Source: Bacillales bacterium UBA3207
GTDB lineage: Bacteria > Bacillota_I > Bacilli_A > RFN20 > CAG-826
Direction: 5' to 3'
Length of the DNA: 61,039 bases
Assembly (NCBI GenBank): GCA_002363735.1
Contig: DEWP01000008.1
Location: 1-61,039, forward strand
Part shown: piece by piece, positions 46,190 to 55,797 of the stretch
Numbering within the stretch: position 1 is the first letter of the stretch
Layout: the number at the start of each line of letters is the position of its first letter
Notes under the pieces: model-generated
Told to the model about the DNA's origin: nothing
What the model saw: only the letters and a program-made list of their open reading frames with translations
The model's database searches: none
Translations under genes and position numbers: made by a program

Positions 46190-48610
46190 ATGAATAAACT
46201 CTTTTCGAAATTAGGATCTCTTTTATTAGGGGCATCTTTAATTGTTGCTGGTGGAGTCTCTTTATCTAGTAAGGGTGTTAGCGAAGCGAAAGCTGCCGAA
46301 CAACTTTATTACACTTTAGATGGCACAATCACTGGTGGTAGTTCTGGATACGCAAGTGAAAGTGATATTACTCAAGGCTCATTAAATTGGAAAGCAACTG
46401 GTAATACAACAATCAGTCCTTGGAGAATTGGTGGTAACTCATTAAATGGTGTTGAAAGACCAATTTATTCAACTACTGCAATGAATGAAACAATCACTAA
46501 AATTGATTTAACGCTCGGAACAGGTAGCGGTATTACGTTGGATTCCTTTAGTCTAATCATTGCTTCTGATGCTGCTTTTTCTAGTGTGATTGAGACTATC
46601 ATAACCAAGCCAACTATTAATGCAAAAACAACATATACTCCAGGAAGTGGTAAGACTTGGGAAAATGCTTTTTACAAGTTTATTTTTACTGTTACAGTTA
46701 CTGGAACTAGTAATAAATATATTCAGTTTTCAAAAGCTGAATTCTATAGAGAGGTGAGTACACCAATTGGCGAACTTAGCATTTCTAATCCAAACAAAGC
46801 AGTTATTGAAAAATCTGAAACGCCAGTCTCACTTGGATATACATTTACTCCGGCAAGTGGCGGAGCAACATCTCTTGCTTCACATGAATGGACAAGTAGC
46901 GACACTGAAGTTGCTAGTGTTAGTGGAGATACTTTATCAACATTAAAAGCTGGTCGTACTCGATTGGCTTTAACTGCTACCGATACTTTAGGTGTTGATT
47001 ATTCAACATATCTTGATGTATTCATTAGCGAACCAATTGATTTTGTTGTTGGTGACAATCTTGCATTCTATGCTGCAAATGCTTCAGTTGAATTATCTGG
47101 TATTGAAGGTGGTTCAACAAAGTATGGAGCTGTTACAGCCTTTAGTGGTTCTGCAGTAGGTGCATTTGCATTAACCCTTGGAGAAGGTGCAGTTAATAGT
47201 TCTTATTCATTTGAAAATAATGGATCATATTTATTCTGGAAAAGTGGAAATAGCTTAAACACACAAGCTAATGTTGATGAAAGTGCATCATGGTATATTG
47301 TTAATTTTGGAGATTATTACGAAGTAATTAATTCACAAGATTATGCTCGTTCAATCTTTTATAACCCAGGAAGCTCAACAGTAGCTGCAAGATTTGCCAC
47401 TTATAGTAGCTTTGGTTCCAGTTATGAACATTTATCAATTGCAAAATTAGAAGAAGTTCCTCTCCGCGGTTCTATTGAAATTACTGGTCCAGTAGATAAA
47501 ACAATGCGTGCTGATGCAAGTGGAGATCTAACATATCAATGGACTCCAAATGAAGAAGCAACTGATGTTGTTATTTCCTCACACACTTGGACAAGTAGCA
47601 ATCCTGAAGTTATTGCTGTTGATGGTGATACTTATCAAGCTGTTGGAGCTGGTAAAGCCAAATTAACACTTAATGCAACCGATAGCACAGGTCAAGAATA
47701 CACTGTTGTTGGTAACGAAATCGAAGTTATCAGTGTAGTTAGTGGTGATTATATAAAGAAAATGTCTGTTGCTATTGGCGATATTGTGACATTAGTTTGT
47801 GAAGCAGATGGCACACAAATTGGTGGTATTGATTCCAACATTGGAACATATGTTTTCTACAATAGTAAACCAGCATCAGTCTTTGATTTTGTTTTAGAAG
47901 CTGGATCAGCCGATAATTCATACGCATTCAAGACAGGCGATAACAAATATTTAGCTTGGAGTAGTGATGCTAAAGTTGCCCTTGTTGATGAAGTTAATGA
48001 AAAAGCCTCATGGACAATTTCATTCAACGACATCGGTGATGCAACTATTCAATGTGTCGCTTTAGATGGTGATGCAGGTCGTCAAATTATGTGGAACCAC
48101 AATAGTCCACGATTTGCAGCTTATAAAAATGGTCAAACAGCCATTCAACTTTACGGACAAGTCGTTGAACCAGTTGTTCCATATGATGCAACCAATTTTG
48201 CTCAAGATTTAATTAATTTAACTAATGAACAATGTTCAGAGTATGGAACTGATTCATATGATTACGAAACTTCTAAAGATAAATTTGCTACTCTTTGGGA
48301 AACTCTTTCCGGTGATTCTTATTATGGAAAACTAAGTGATGAAGATATCCTTCTTCTTGAACAAGCTGACGCTAAAGAAGATAGTGAAGATGTTCTTGAA
48401 GTGGCGATGTATCGCTACGATTTAATCACAGCAAAATATTCTTTAGATTCCTTTATTGGAACACGCGTTGTTCCAACATTTAGTTTTATTCATGACTATG
48501 AATCAAGTGTTAGTTCATCTAACACAATTGGAATCGTTGTGATTGTTGCTGTTTCTAGCATGACTCTATTAGGATTAACCTTAGTCATTCGTAAAAGAAA
48601 ACATCAATAA
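46190..48610 (+). CDS. Secreted surface protein paralogue (two Ig-like + beta-domain repeats), C-terminal TM + RKRK
   Basis: MNKLFSKLGSLLLGA signal; duplicated SH.WTSS..EV..V.GDT...AG...L.L.ATD..G..Y Ig module; HNSPRFAAYKNGQTAIQLY; C-terminus near-identical to 43855. Confidence 0.8.
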   Translation: MNKLFSKLGSLLLGASLIVAGGVSLSSKGVSEAKAAEQLYYTLDGTITGGSSGYASESDITQGSLNWKATGNTTISPWRIGGNSLNGVERPIYSTTAMNETITKIDLTLGTGSGITLDSFSLIIASDAAFSSVIETIITKPTINAKTTYTPGSGKTWENAFYKFIFTVTVTGTSNKYIQFSKAEFYREVSTPIGELSISNPNKAVIEKSETPVSLGYTFTPASGGATSLASHEWTSSDTEVASVSGDTLSTLKAGRTRLALTATDTLGVDYSTYLDVFISEPIDFVVGDNLAFYAANASVELSGIEGGSTKYGAVTAFSGSAVGAFALTLGEGAVNSSYSFENNGSYLFWKSGNSLNTQANVDESASWYIVNFGDYYEVINSQDYARSIFYNPGSSTVAARFATYSSFGSSYEHLSIAKLEEVPLRGSIEITGPVDKTMRADASGDLTYQWTPNEEATDVVISSHTWTSSNPEVIAVDGDTYQAVGAGKAKLTLNATDSTGQEYTVVGNEIEVISVVSGDYIKKMSVAIGDIVTLVCEADGTQIGGIDSNIGTYVFYNSKPASVFDFVLEAGSADNSYAFKTGDNKYLAWSSDAKVALVDEVNEKASWTISFNDIGDATIQCVALDGDAGRQIMWNHNSPRFAAYKNGQTAIQLYGQVVEPVVPYDATNFAQDLINLTNEQCSEYGTDSYDYETSKDKFATLWETLSGDSYYGKLSDEDILLLEQADAKEDSEDVLEVAMYRYDLITAKYSLDSFIGTRVVPTFSFIHDYESSVSSSNTIGIVVIVAVSSMTLLGLTLVIRKRKHQ

Positions 48611-48631
48611 TTAGTTGTTTAAAAATTTAGT

Positions 48632-48667
48632 AAAAGAGGTCAACTAAGACGTGTTGACCTCTTTTTT
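48632..48667. terminator. Bidirectional intrinsic terminator between convergent genes
   Basis: aaaagaggtcaac-taagacgt-gttgacctctttttt. Confidence 0.85.
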
Positions 48668-48727
48668 AAGAACAGTATTATTTATGCAATATTTTGTTAT
48701 TTAACCAAGAATTGCTGGTTATTTTTG

Positions 48728-49876
48728 TTATTTAATTCTTGATGGACCATCAACAATATCGACCATTAAGACCTCTCCATGAAGTCCTGTTTTCTTGTGA
48801 TATTCATCTAAGACTTTTTCTCTAAAGTTAATAAAAGCGTCTTTCTTAATTAAGGCGATTGCACAGCCTCCAAAACCAGCTCCGGTCATTCTTGAACCAA
48901 TCGCTCCAGCGTGGATGCTTGCTAAAACAATCGTATCTAAATAAGATCCACTAACTTCATAATCATCTTTTAAAGATTGATGAGATTCATTTAATAACTT
49001 ACCTAGTGAAGGAATATCTTTCTTTTTTAAAGCATCAACAAAGTCATAGACACGTCTTTGTTCACTAATAACGTGTCGAACACGACGATAAATAATTTCA
49101 TCTGAAATGAGTTCTTTAACATCACTTAAAGAATCAACACTCATTTCACATAAATTATTAATCTGGTATTTACTTTGTAAGATTTTTAATCCTTTTTGGC
49201 ATTCATCAACACGTTCGTTGTATTTTGATGAAACTAGGGAACGCGGAACATTCGTTTTCAAAACAACGAAGGTGTAGTCACCTAAAGATAAAGGAATTTG
49301 TTCGTATTTAAATTGATGGCAATCAAGAAGTAGGCAGTGGTCTTTCTTGCCTAACGCAATCGCAGCTTCATCCATAATTCCGGATTTTAATCCTAGATAT
49401 TCGTTTTCGACCTTTTGAGCAAGTTTTGTAATTGTCTCTAAACTTAAGTTCAGAGAAAACATATCGCTTGTTAAATAAAGGATTAAATCAAGAAGCGCTG
49501 CGCTAGAAGATAATCCGCTTCCTAAAGGAATTTCACTATCAATCATAATGTTCATTCCTTTAGGAATCTGATATCCATTTTCTTTTAGAACAAAAAAGAC
49601 TCCATAGATGTAGTTTGCCCATCCATAGTTGGAGTCTTTTTTGATTCTAAATAAATCTTCTTTTTGTCCAGTTTTGGTGTTTAAAGAATAAACGTTAATC
49701 AAAGAATCATTTCTTAAAGAGACTGCCGCTTTAATATATAAAGAAATCGCGCAAGGTAAAACAAGGCCTCCATTATAATCAAGGTGTTCTCCAATGAGAT
49801 TAATGCGTGCTGGCGCTTGATATAGCGCTTCGCACTTTACCCCAAAATATTTTTGAAATGATTCTTGTAGATTCAT
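48728..49876 (-). CDS. galK: Galactokinase
   Basis: APARINLIGEHLDYNGG, IPLGSGLSSSAA, GIMD, GSRMTGAGFGGC. Confidence 0.95.
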   Translation of the reverse strand: MNLQESFQKYFGVKCEALYQAPARINLIGEHLDYNGGLVLPCAISLYIKAAVSLRNDSLINVYSLNTKTGQKEDLFRIKKDSNYGWANYIYGVFFVLKENGYQIPKGMNIMIDSEIPLGSGLSSSAALLDLILYLTSDMFSLNLSLETITKLAQKVENEYLGLKSGIMDEAAIALGKKDHCLLLDCHQFKYEQIPLSLGDYTFVVLKTNVPRSLVSSKYNERVDECQKGLKILQSKYQINNLCEMSVDSLSDVKELISDEIIYRRVRHVISEQRRVYDFVDALKKKDIPSLGKLLNESHQSLKDDYEVSGSYLDTIVLASIHAGAIGSRMTGAGFGGCAIALIKKDAFINFREKVLDEYHKKTGLHGEVLMVDIVDGPSRIK

Positions 49877-51312
49877 TATTTTCCTTTAACAGCAAGTTTC
49901 ACGCATTCGTATGCGCCATCATAGTGACCAATTTTCTTTAGATAATCAATTTGGTCACATAAATGTGGAAGAAGTTCTTTATCCGAAATGACTCGGTCGA
50001 GCATTTCACAAACTTCTTTCTTGGTTGGACATTCAGGTGTAGCATCGCCATATTCTTGTCCATTAATGGCGCCATAAACTTCATGTCCACCAATGTGGCG
50101 CATAAAGAGTTTTGGAATTGGATAATATGCGAGTTCACTTGGTTTAGTGATTAATAAATCACTTTCCGGCATTAAGAGGTTTGTTGAATAAACCGCTTCG
50201 AAGATATTTTTGTTATAAATACAATAAATACCTTCTAAATCTCCATGACGAATTTCTTCTTTGAATTTTACTAATTCATCATATTGATTGAAGAAGTTCT
50301 TTGATTCAATACCTTTTAGTTTTTTCACTAATTTACCATAGACAGTTAAGTGATCTCCAAAGTTAATGATTAAAGCAACTTTCTTTTCTTTCACTAAAGG
50401 AAGAAGATGCTTCACCATTGCTAGATACATATCAAAACCTGCTCCAGCGCCACCAACAGTCATTAAAATACGAAGTGGTTTACCTTCTTTAATACGTTGT
50501 TTTCTGAGTTTGTTATCTTCTTCTAGATGAACTAAAAGTTCATGGTCAATATAACAACCAACCATTTTTAAATCACTTTCTGGAATTCCATGAAGTGGTT
50601 TTTTATCAAAACCTCGTAATGTTTTATATCCAAAATAGGCAAATGGAGTTTGAACTGTATGAATTGCACCTTCAGAAAGGTGTAATCCCATTGGCCAGTT
50701 ATCTGGAATCGCATTCACAACGTGAGTTAGACCGCTATGAATCGCGGCTTGGCTTGGCCAAACGTGAGTAGCGATATAAGGAATATCTTTATCAATGTGA
50801 GAGAAGATTGGCACTAATAATTCAGAGTTCTTTTGGTCTTTCGCATTGTAAGAGATTTTCTTAAATCCTTCCGAATTAAGAGGTTCCCAAACTAACTTAT
50901 TAAAAAGTTTTGATTTTTGGGAGATTCTTGAAGCTAATGAATACATATCATTTTGTTTTCTTATCATCTTAGTTCCAGTTGCATCAAAAGAAGCTAAATC
51001 TAGCCAGTAAGGAGTGTAACCTAAAGCACGAGCAGCTGAGGCCATAGCGATGGAAATTCGGTAATGTCCAAAGCCCATACGAATATTACCAACAATCACT
51101 GGTTTACCCGTAAATTGCTGGTTATTTTCGCTAAAAACTATATTTTTTGCACCAAGGAAATCAAGTGTTTTAATATCTTCAAAAGCAATCTTATAATCCT
51201 TATTAGAATCATCACCAAATTGTTTAATAAATTTCTTCTTTGATTTATTCGCACCTTTGATGGTCTTTTTGGACATTTGATTGCCAAAAATGACTGATGA
51301 TTTATCGTTCAT
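49876..51312 (-). CDS. Uncharacterised GT-B-like protein (weak MGDG-synthase/GT28-like motifs)
   Basis: MGFGHYRISIA, ATHVWP, IPDNWP, VGGAGAG, DLLITKPSEL resemble GT28-type motifs; overlaps galK and the GH36 gene. Confidence 0.55.
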   Translation of the reverse strand: MNDKSSVIFGNQMSKKTIKGANKSKKKFIKQFGDDSNKDYKIAFEDIKTLDFLGAKNIVFSENNQQFTGKPVIVGNIRMGFGHYRISIAMASAARALGYTPYWLDLASFDATGTKMIRKQNDMYSLASRISQKSKLFNKLVWEPLNSEGFKKISYNAKDQKNSELLVPIFSHIDKDIPYIATHVWPSQAAIHSGLTHVVNAIPDNWPMGLHLSEGAIHTVQTPFAYFGYKTLRGFDKKPLHGIPESDLKMVGCYIDHELLVHLEEDNKLRKQRIKEGKPLRILMTVGGAGAGFDMYLAMVKHLLPLVKEKKVALIINFGDHLTVYGKLVKKLKGIESKNFFNQYDELVKFKEEIRHGDLEGIYCIYNKNIFEAVYSTNLLMPESDLLITKPSELAYYPIPKLFMRHIGGHEVYGAINGQEYGDATPECPTKKEVCEMLDRVISDKELLPHLCDQIDYLKKIGHYDGAYECVKLAVKGK

Positions 51313-52912
51313 GGCTTAATTCTCCTTTATATGTGTTATAGATAAACGAATGCTTTTCTCCATCAACTTCGTAAGTAACTTCGATGCCGTGGTGGATTCG
51401 TTTAAAGTATTTGACTTTGGCGTGCTTAAATAAATGTAATGCCTCATCAAGAATCTTCTTTTGTTTCTCGTGATATGTAGCAATATCATCACTTGTCATT
51501 AGAAGTGATCCAAACAAAGCATTAATTGTTGTTAAGGCACGACGTTGTTCAAAACTAAGTTTAATATTTTCGTCTCTTAGTAAAAATACATCCGGATCAT
51601 TTCCAAAAAGATGATCATTCATAAAATAACGATAAATCGTATTTTGTAATGTCACTTTTGTGGAAATTCTTTCGCGGTGGAATAGTCTCATATAAGCAAC
51701 ATCATCAAAGATGAGTGAGACATCTGGTCCAACACGAAGATAATCAAAGTTTGTGTAGCTAGAAAGAATATTTGCTCCACAACCTAAAATGATCTTATCT
51801 TTTAAGACTTCTCTTAAGAAGGCATAGGCTTCAAACTGAGCTTGGGCTCTTGTTTGACCTTCAAATTCTCCAAGTCCAGCGGCATAAAGGAAATCTAATT
51901 TAAAGAAGTCAAAGCCCATGTCCATGTAATGAACTAAAGACTTTTTGATGTAATCTTTGACTTCATCTTTAGATAAATCTAAAGCATAGAATCCAGACCA
52001 GTTGCCACCAGCTTTAAGAGGCTTCTTTCCGTCTTTTTTAAAATATTCAGGATGTTCTCTAAAAAGTTTTGATTTAGTTTCAGCAACAAATGGAGCAAGC
52101 CATAATCCAGCTTTAAATCCTTTTGAATGGATTTTATCAACGATTGGTTTTAATCCATTTGGAAACTTCTTTTCATCAACATCTAACCAGTCTCCGACAA
52201 ATGTTTCATATCCGTCATCGATTTGGAATACTTCAAAACGAGAATCTAAAGCTTCTAAATCGCGAAGAATGATTTCTTCGTTGATGTTTTGGTAGTAGTT
52301 GTACCAACTACTATAACCAAATAGTTTTGGAGTATTGAGTTTTGGATAATCTAATGCAAATGCATTAAATCCTTCCATTGAATCAAGATAGAAACAATAA
52401 TTGAAAACAGTAAATTCTTGACCTTCATCAAGAGTGATTCCACTTAAATCACTACTAAGGTGAAGGTTTTTACTATCTTTAATTAATTCGATTAAAAGAT
52501 ATGTGTTTCGATAATTTAAGTTATAAAGGAAACACTCATCTTTTCCTCGACTATAGAAAACATCATATCCATGAGATTTACGGATGGAATATTTATAAAA
52601 TGTTGCGTCACCATATTTTTCCATCGCAAACATCTTAGAGATAATATGAGGAGACTTCTTAATATTTCGAAGTCTTTCTCTTAAATGGAATTCTTTGGTA
52701 TCAGTCCAAGACTGATAACCATTTAAGAAATAAGTATCTTTAAAATTAACATTAAACGGAATGACTTCTTTTGCTTCAAGCAAAGAAACCTTCTTTAATG
52801 CACGAACTTTAACTGTGGTACGATGACCAACTTGTAAAATAAATACTTCTAAATCACGATTATATTTCTTCGTCGAAAAAGTATGACCGTTTTTGGAATA
52901 GATAATTTCCAT
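51302..52912 (-). CDS. GH36 alpha-galactosidase
   Basis: NGYQSW, GYSSWYNYY, FQIDDGY, KFPNG, GLWLAPF, FFKLDFL, RVGPDV, NDPD. Confidence 0.9.
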   Translation of the reverse strand: MEIIYSKNGHTFSTKKYNRDLEVFILQVGHRTTVKVRALKKVSLLEAKEVIPFNVNFKDTYFLNGYQSWTDTKEFHLRERLRNIKKSPHIISKMFAMEKYGDATFYKYSIRKSHGYDVFYSRGKDECFLYNLNYRNTYLLIELIKDSKNLHLSSDLSGITLDEGQEFTVFNYCFYLDSMEGFNAFALDYPKLNTPKLFGYSSWYNYYQNINEEIILRDLEALDSRFEVFQIDDGYETFVGDWLDVDEKKFPNGLKPIVDKIHSKGFKAGLWLAPFVAETKSKLFREHPEYFKKDGKKPLKAGGNWSGFYALDLSKDEVKDYIKKSLVHYMDMGFDFFKLDFLYAAGLGEFEGQTRAQAQFEAYAFLREVLKDKIILGCGANILSSYTNFDYLRVGPDVSLIFDDVAYMRLFHRERISTKVTLQNTIYRYFMNDHLFGNDPDVFLLRDENIKLSFEQRRALTTINALFGSLLMTSDDIATYHEKQKKILDEALHLFKHAKVKYFKRIHHGIEVTYEVDGEKHSFIYNTYKGELSHER

Positions 52913-52919
52913 AGATTTC

Positions 52920-54374
52920 TTATTTCTTTTCTTCTTCGATTGCTTTCATGAAAGCTTCGTCTTCTTTTTTCGCGATAACTTCCATGACTTTCTTTTCACG
53001 GTAGAACATTAAGATAACTGCACCAAGGACACAGAAAGCAACAGCAACGATCGCGACGATTAACATACCTAATTTGGTTGCGGTGATGTCGTTACTTTCA
53101 ACGTTTTGAGCAGCACCGATAATGGCTAAAGAAGTGAAAAGAAGCATGGCGATAGATTGACCAAACTTCATTGCGAATGTACGAGCAGCAAAGAACATAC
53201 CTTCACGGTTTTCACCAGTGGTTTTTGCTTCGGCTTCAGCCACGTCAGCAACAATACTTTGTGGAATAATGCCAAGTAAAGCCATTGGTTGAGCAGAAAT
53301 AAGCATCACAACAACACCAAAGACATAACTTAAAGCGGAAGCATGACCTTGGTCAGGAAGTAATCCTGGAATGGATGAAATAGCGGTGATGGAGTAACAA
53401 ATCGCTAATCCTAAGAAACCAGCGATAACCAGTTTCTTTTTACCAAATTTCATAACCATTTTGGTGACAAATGGATAGAAGACTGCGCTTAATACAGTCA
53501 TACCACCCATAAAGACAAGAACCATTGATTCATCAAAGCCCATGGAGACTTTCACAAAGAATGGAAGACCGGTTTGGAATAAAGTTAATCCAACCCAGTA
53601 CATAATGTCACTTAAAGAGAATGTTCTAAAATCTTTGTTTTTAAATGTTGAGGTTAATGATTTAAAGACATTTTCGTTGCTTGGTTTAGAATCAACGAAG
53701 TCTTTTTCCTTAAGAAGGAATGTTGGAAGAAGCATGCAAACACATGCGATAACTGCTAGGACAATAAAGCATGCGCGATAAGCCCAGGAGTTTCCGATTG
53801 CTCCACGAAGGAAGCCAGCAAAGACGAATGGGGTGTAGGCAATTAATGTACCTGCAAAATAAGTTAAGGAGATTGCAGTAGAAATATACATACGATCTTC
53901 TTGTGTTTTTCCAAATTCGGAAATTAAGGCGTTATAAGGAGTGCAATACATTGTCATGAATAAATAGAATAAGACAATGAAGACACTAATCCAGACAATG
54001 TTCCAACCAGAAACTTCATTTACTGGAGCACAGAAGAGTAAGACTGTAACAACGGCAAATGGAATGGCGGAGTATTGCATAAATGGAATACGACGGCCTC
54101 GTTTGTTTTTGCTTCGGTCTGACATCGAAGCAATAAGTGGGTCTGTGACAGCGTCAAAGACACGTGATAAAGCGGTTATTAATCCGAGGACTGTTAAAAA
54201 TCCACCGATAACTAAACCTGGAACAATAAATTGAGTTGCTCCATTTGTGGTGATATCAGTTTGGGTTGGTAGGTAAAAAGTAACAAGCCAAGCGTTGATA
54301 ATACCACCTAATGTCGACCATCCTAGTTGACCTAGAGCGAAGATCCACATTTGTTTTTTTGATAATCTTTTCAT
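52920..54374 (-). CDS. GPH-family (MFS_2) glycoside:cation symporter
   Basis: RVFDAVTDPLIASMSDRSKNKRGRRIPF, PYNAL, ENREGMFFA; about 12 TMs. Confidence 0.9.
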   Translation of the reverse strand: MKRLSKKQMWIFALGQLGWSTLGGIINAWLVTFYLPTQTDITTNGATQFIVPGLVIGGFLTVLGLITALSRVFDAVTDPLIASMSDRSKNKRGRRIPFMQYSAIPFAVVTVLLFCAPVNEVSGWNIVWISVFIVLFYLFMTMYCTPYNALISEFGKTQEDRMYISTAISLTYFAGTLIAYTPFVFAGFLRGAIGNSWAYRACFIVLAVIACVCMLLPTFLLKEKDFVDSKPSNENVFKSLTSTFKNKDFRTFSLSDIMYWVGLTLFQTGLPFFVKVSMGFDESMVLVFMGGMTVLSAVFYPFVTKMVMKFGKKKLVIAGFLGLAICYSITAISSIPGLLPDQGHASALSYVFGVVVMLISAQPMALLGIIPQSIVADVAEAEAKTTGENREGMFFAARTFAMKFGQSIAMLLFTSLAIIGAAQNVESNDITATKLGMLIVAIVAVAFCVLGAVILMFYREKKVMEVIAKKEDEAFMKAIEEEKK

Positions 54375-54830
54375 GATTTCCCTTTCTGTTAAGAAACAAA
54401 AAAAGAAAAAGACATAAAACTATGTTTTACCATCTAGATTTTTGTCTTTTTCAATTTCATTTGTTAACGATAATAAAAAGATTTTAATCTTTATCTAGCA
54501 ATAAATATATGATTTTTTCCTTCATTATTCAAACAAAAAGTTTGTTTACGCTTACTTTTTCAAATAAATATATTTATTAAGTAGAAAAATTTCATTAATT
54601 TTGGGTTAGATTTTTAGTGGGTTTCTTTTTCTTTACTATTATTAAATTAGATATATAATAAGGTGAGTTGAATGGGATGATAAATTATTAACGAAATCCT
54701 TTTCAAATTATTTAAAAAAATAGTCGGATTTTGCGAAATCCTAAATAAATAAAAATCTCTGCAAAAACGAGGTTTTAACCATAAATTGCTGGTGATTTTT
54801 TGAAATTATTTAATCCGAAAGGAGTAAAAA

Positions 54831-55721
54831 ATGAGTATTAAAATTTACGCAGATGTTGGATCAAATTTATATCCAAAATTATTAAAAGAAAAGAACCTTG
54901 ATATTCACTTAATGAACATGATTCTTCGCATCGATGATAAAGAATATGTTTGTTATGATGATAGTATTGATTTTGAACCGTTCTCAAAACAGTTCTATGT
55001 TGACCTAGAAGAAGGTAAAAAAGTTCAGACAAGTTTAGTTAGTTCTGGTGAATATTATGAAGCCTTCAAAAAAGATGTTAGCGAAGGTCATGAAGTCTTT
55101 TGTTTAACGATGGCGAAAGGCATTTCGGGAACCTATAATGCTGCCTGTGTTGCAAAAGACATGATTAACGAAGAATTTGGTAAAGATGCTGTCTATGTTT
55201 TTGATACCGCAACTGCTGGATTTGGTGAAGGTTTACAAGCAATTAAAGCTTATGAACTTGCACAAGAAGGTAAATCATTAAAAGAAATTATTGATTTCAT
55301 GGAGGACTTTAAGTGGAAAGTTCGAAGTGAATTTACTGTTGATACAGTTAAATATTTATTAAAAACTGGTCGAGTCAATGCGATTTTAGCAAAAATTGTC
55401 AAATTAATTTCCTTAAAAATCATGCTTTATGGAAGTTACGATTCAACAATTCAAGTCTCCTCAAGAGTACTTGGCCGAATTAAATCAATCCAACGACTTG
55501 CTCAACAATGTATCGATTTTATCGATGACAAAAAACAAACTGTTTGGATTTCACATTGTAACTGTCTAGAAGATGCAAATAAACTTGCCGATATGTTAAG
55601 AGCGAAGGGCATTAACAATATCGAGATCCGTGATTATGATTTAATCACCGGTGCTCATATCGGTCCAAAAGCACTCGCCATCTTCTACGTCGGAAAGAAT
55701 AGAAAATTCTCTAAAGAGTAA
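54831..55721 (+). CDS. DegV/FakB family fatty-acid-binding protein
   Basis: ISGTYNAA, FDTATAGFGEG, YLLKTGRV, ISHCN, GAHIGP. Confidence 0.92.
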   Translation: MSIKIYADVGSNLYPKLLKEKNLDIHLMNMILRIDDKEYVCYDDSIDFEPFSKQFYVDLEEGKKVQTSLVSSGEYYEAFKKDVSEGHEVFCLTMAKGISGTYNAACVAKDMINEEFGKDAVYVFDTATAGFGEGLQAIKAYELAQEGKSLKEIIDFMEDFKWKVRSEFTVDTVKYLLKTGRVNAILAKIVKLISLKIMLYGSYDSTIQVSSRVLGRIKSIQRLAQQCIDFIDDKKQTVWISHCNCLEDANKLADMLRAKGINNIEIRDYDLITGAHIGPKALAIFYVGKNRKFSKE

Positions 55722-55748
55722 GTGGGAATCAATGATTTCCACTTTTTT
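55720..55748 (+). terminator. Intrinsic terminator
   Basis: aagtgggaatc-aat-gatttccactttttt. Confidence 0.8.
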
Positions 55749-55797
55749 ATATCCGCGTGATGCATGTTTATTCAAGATATGCTAAAATAACAAGTTA

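Noticed and set aside
45780-48610. Diversity-generating retroelement TR/VR pair in the similar 3' ends of 43855 and 46190
   Set aside because: Differences are mostly synonymous and not adenine-specific, both copies are coding, and there is no reverse transcriptase.
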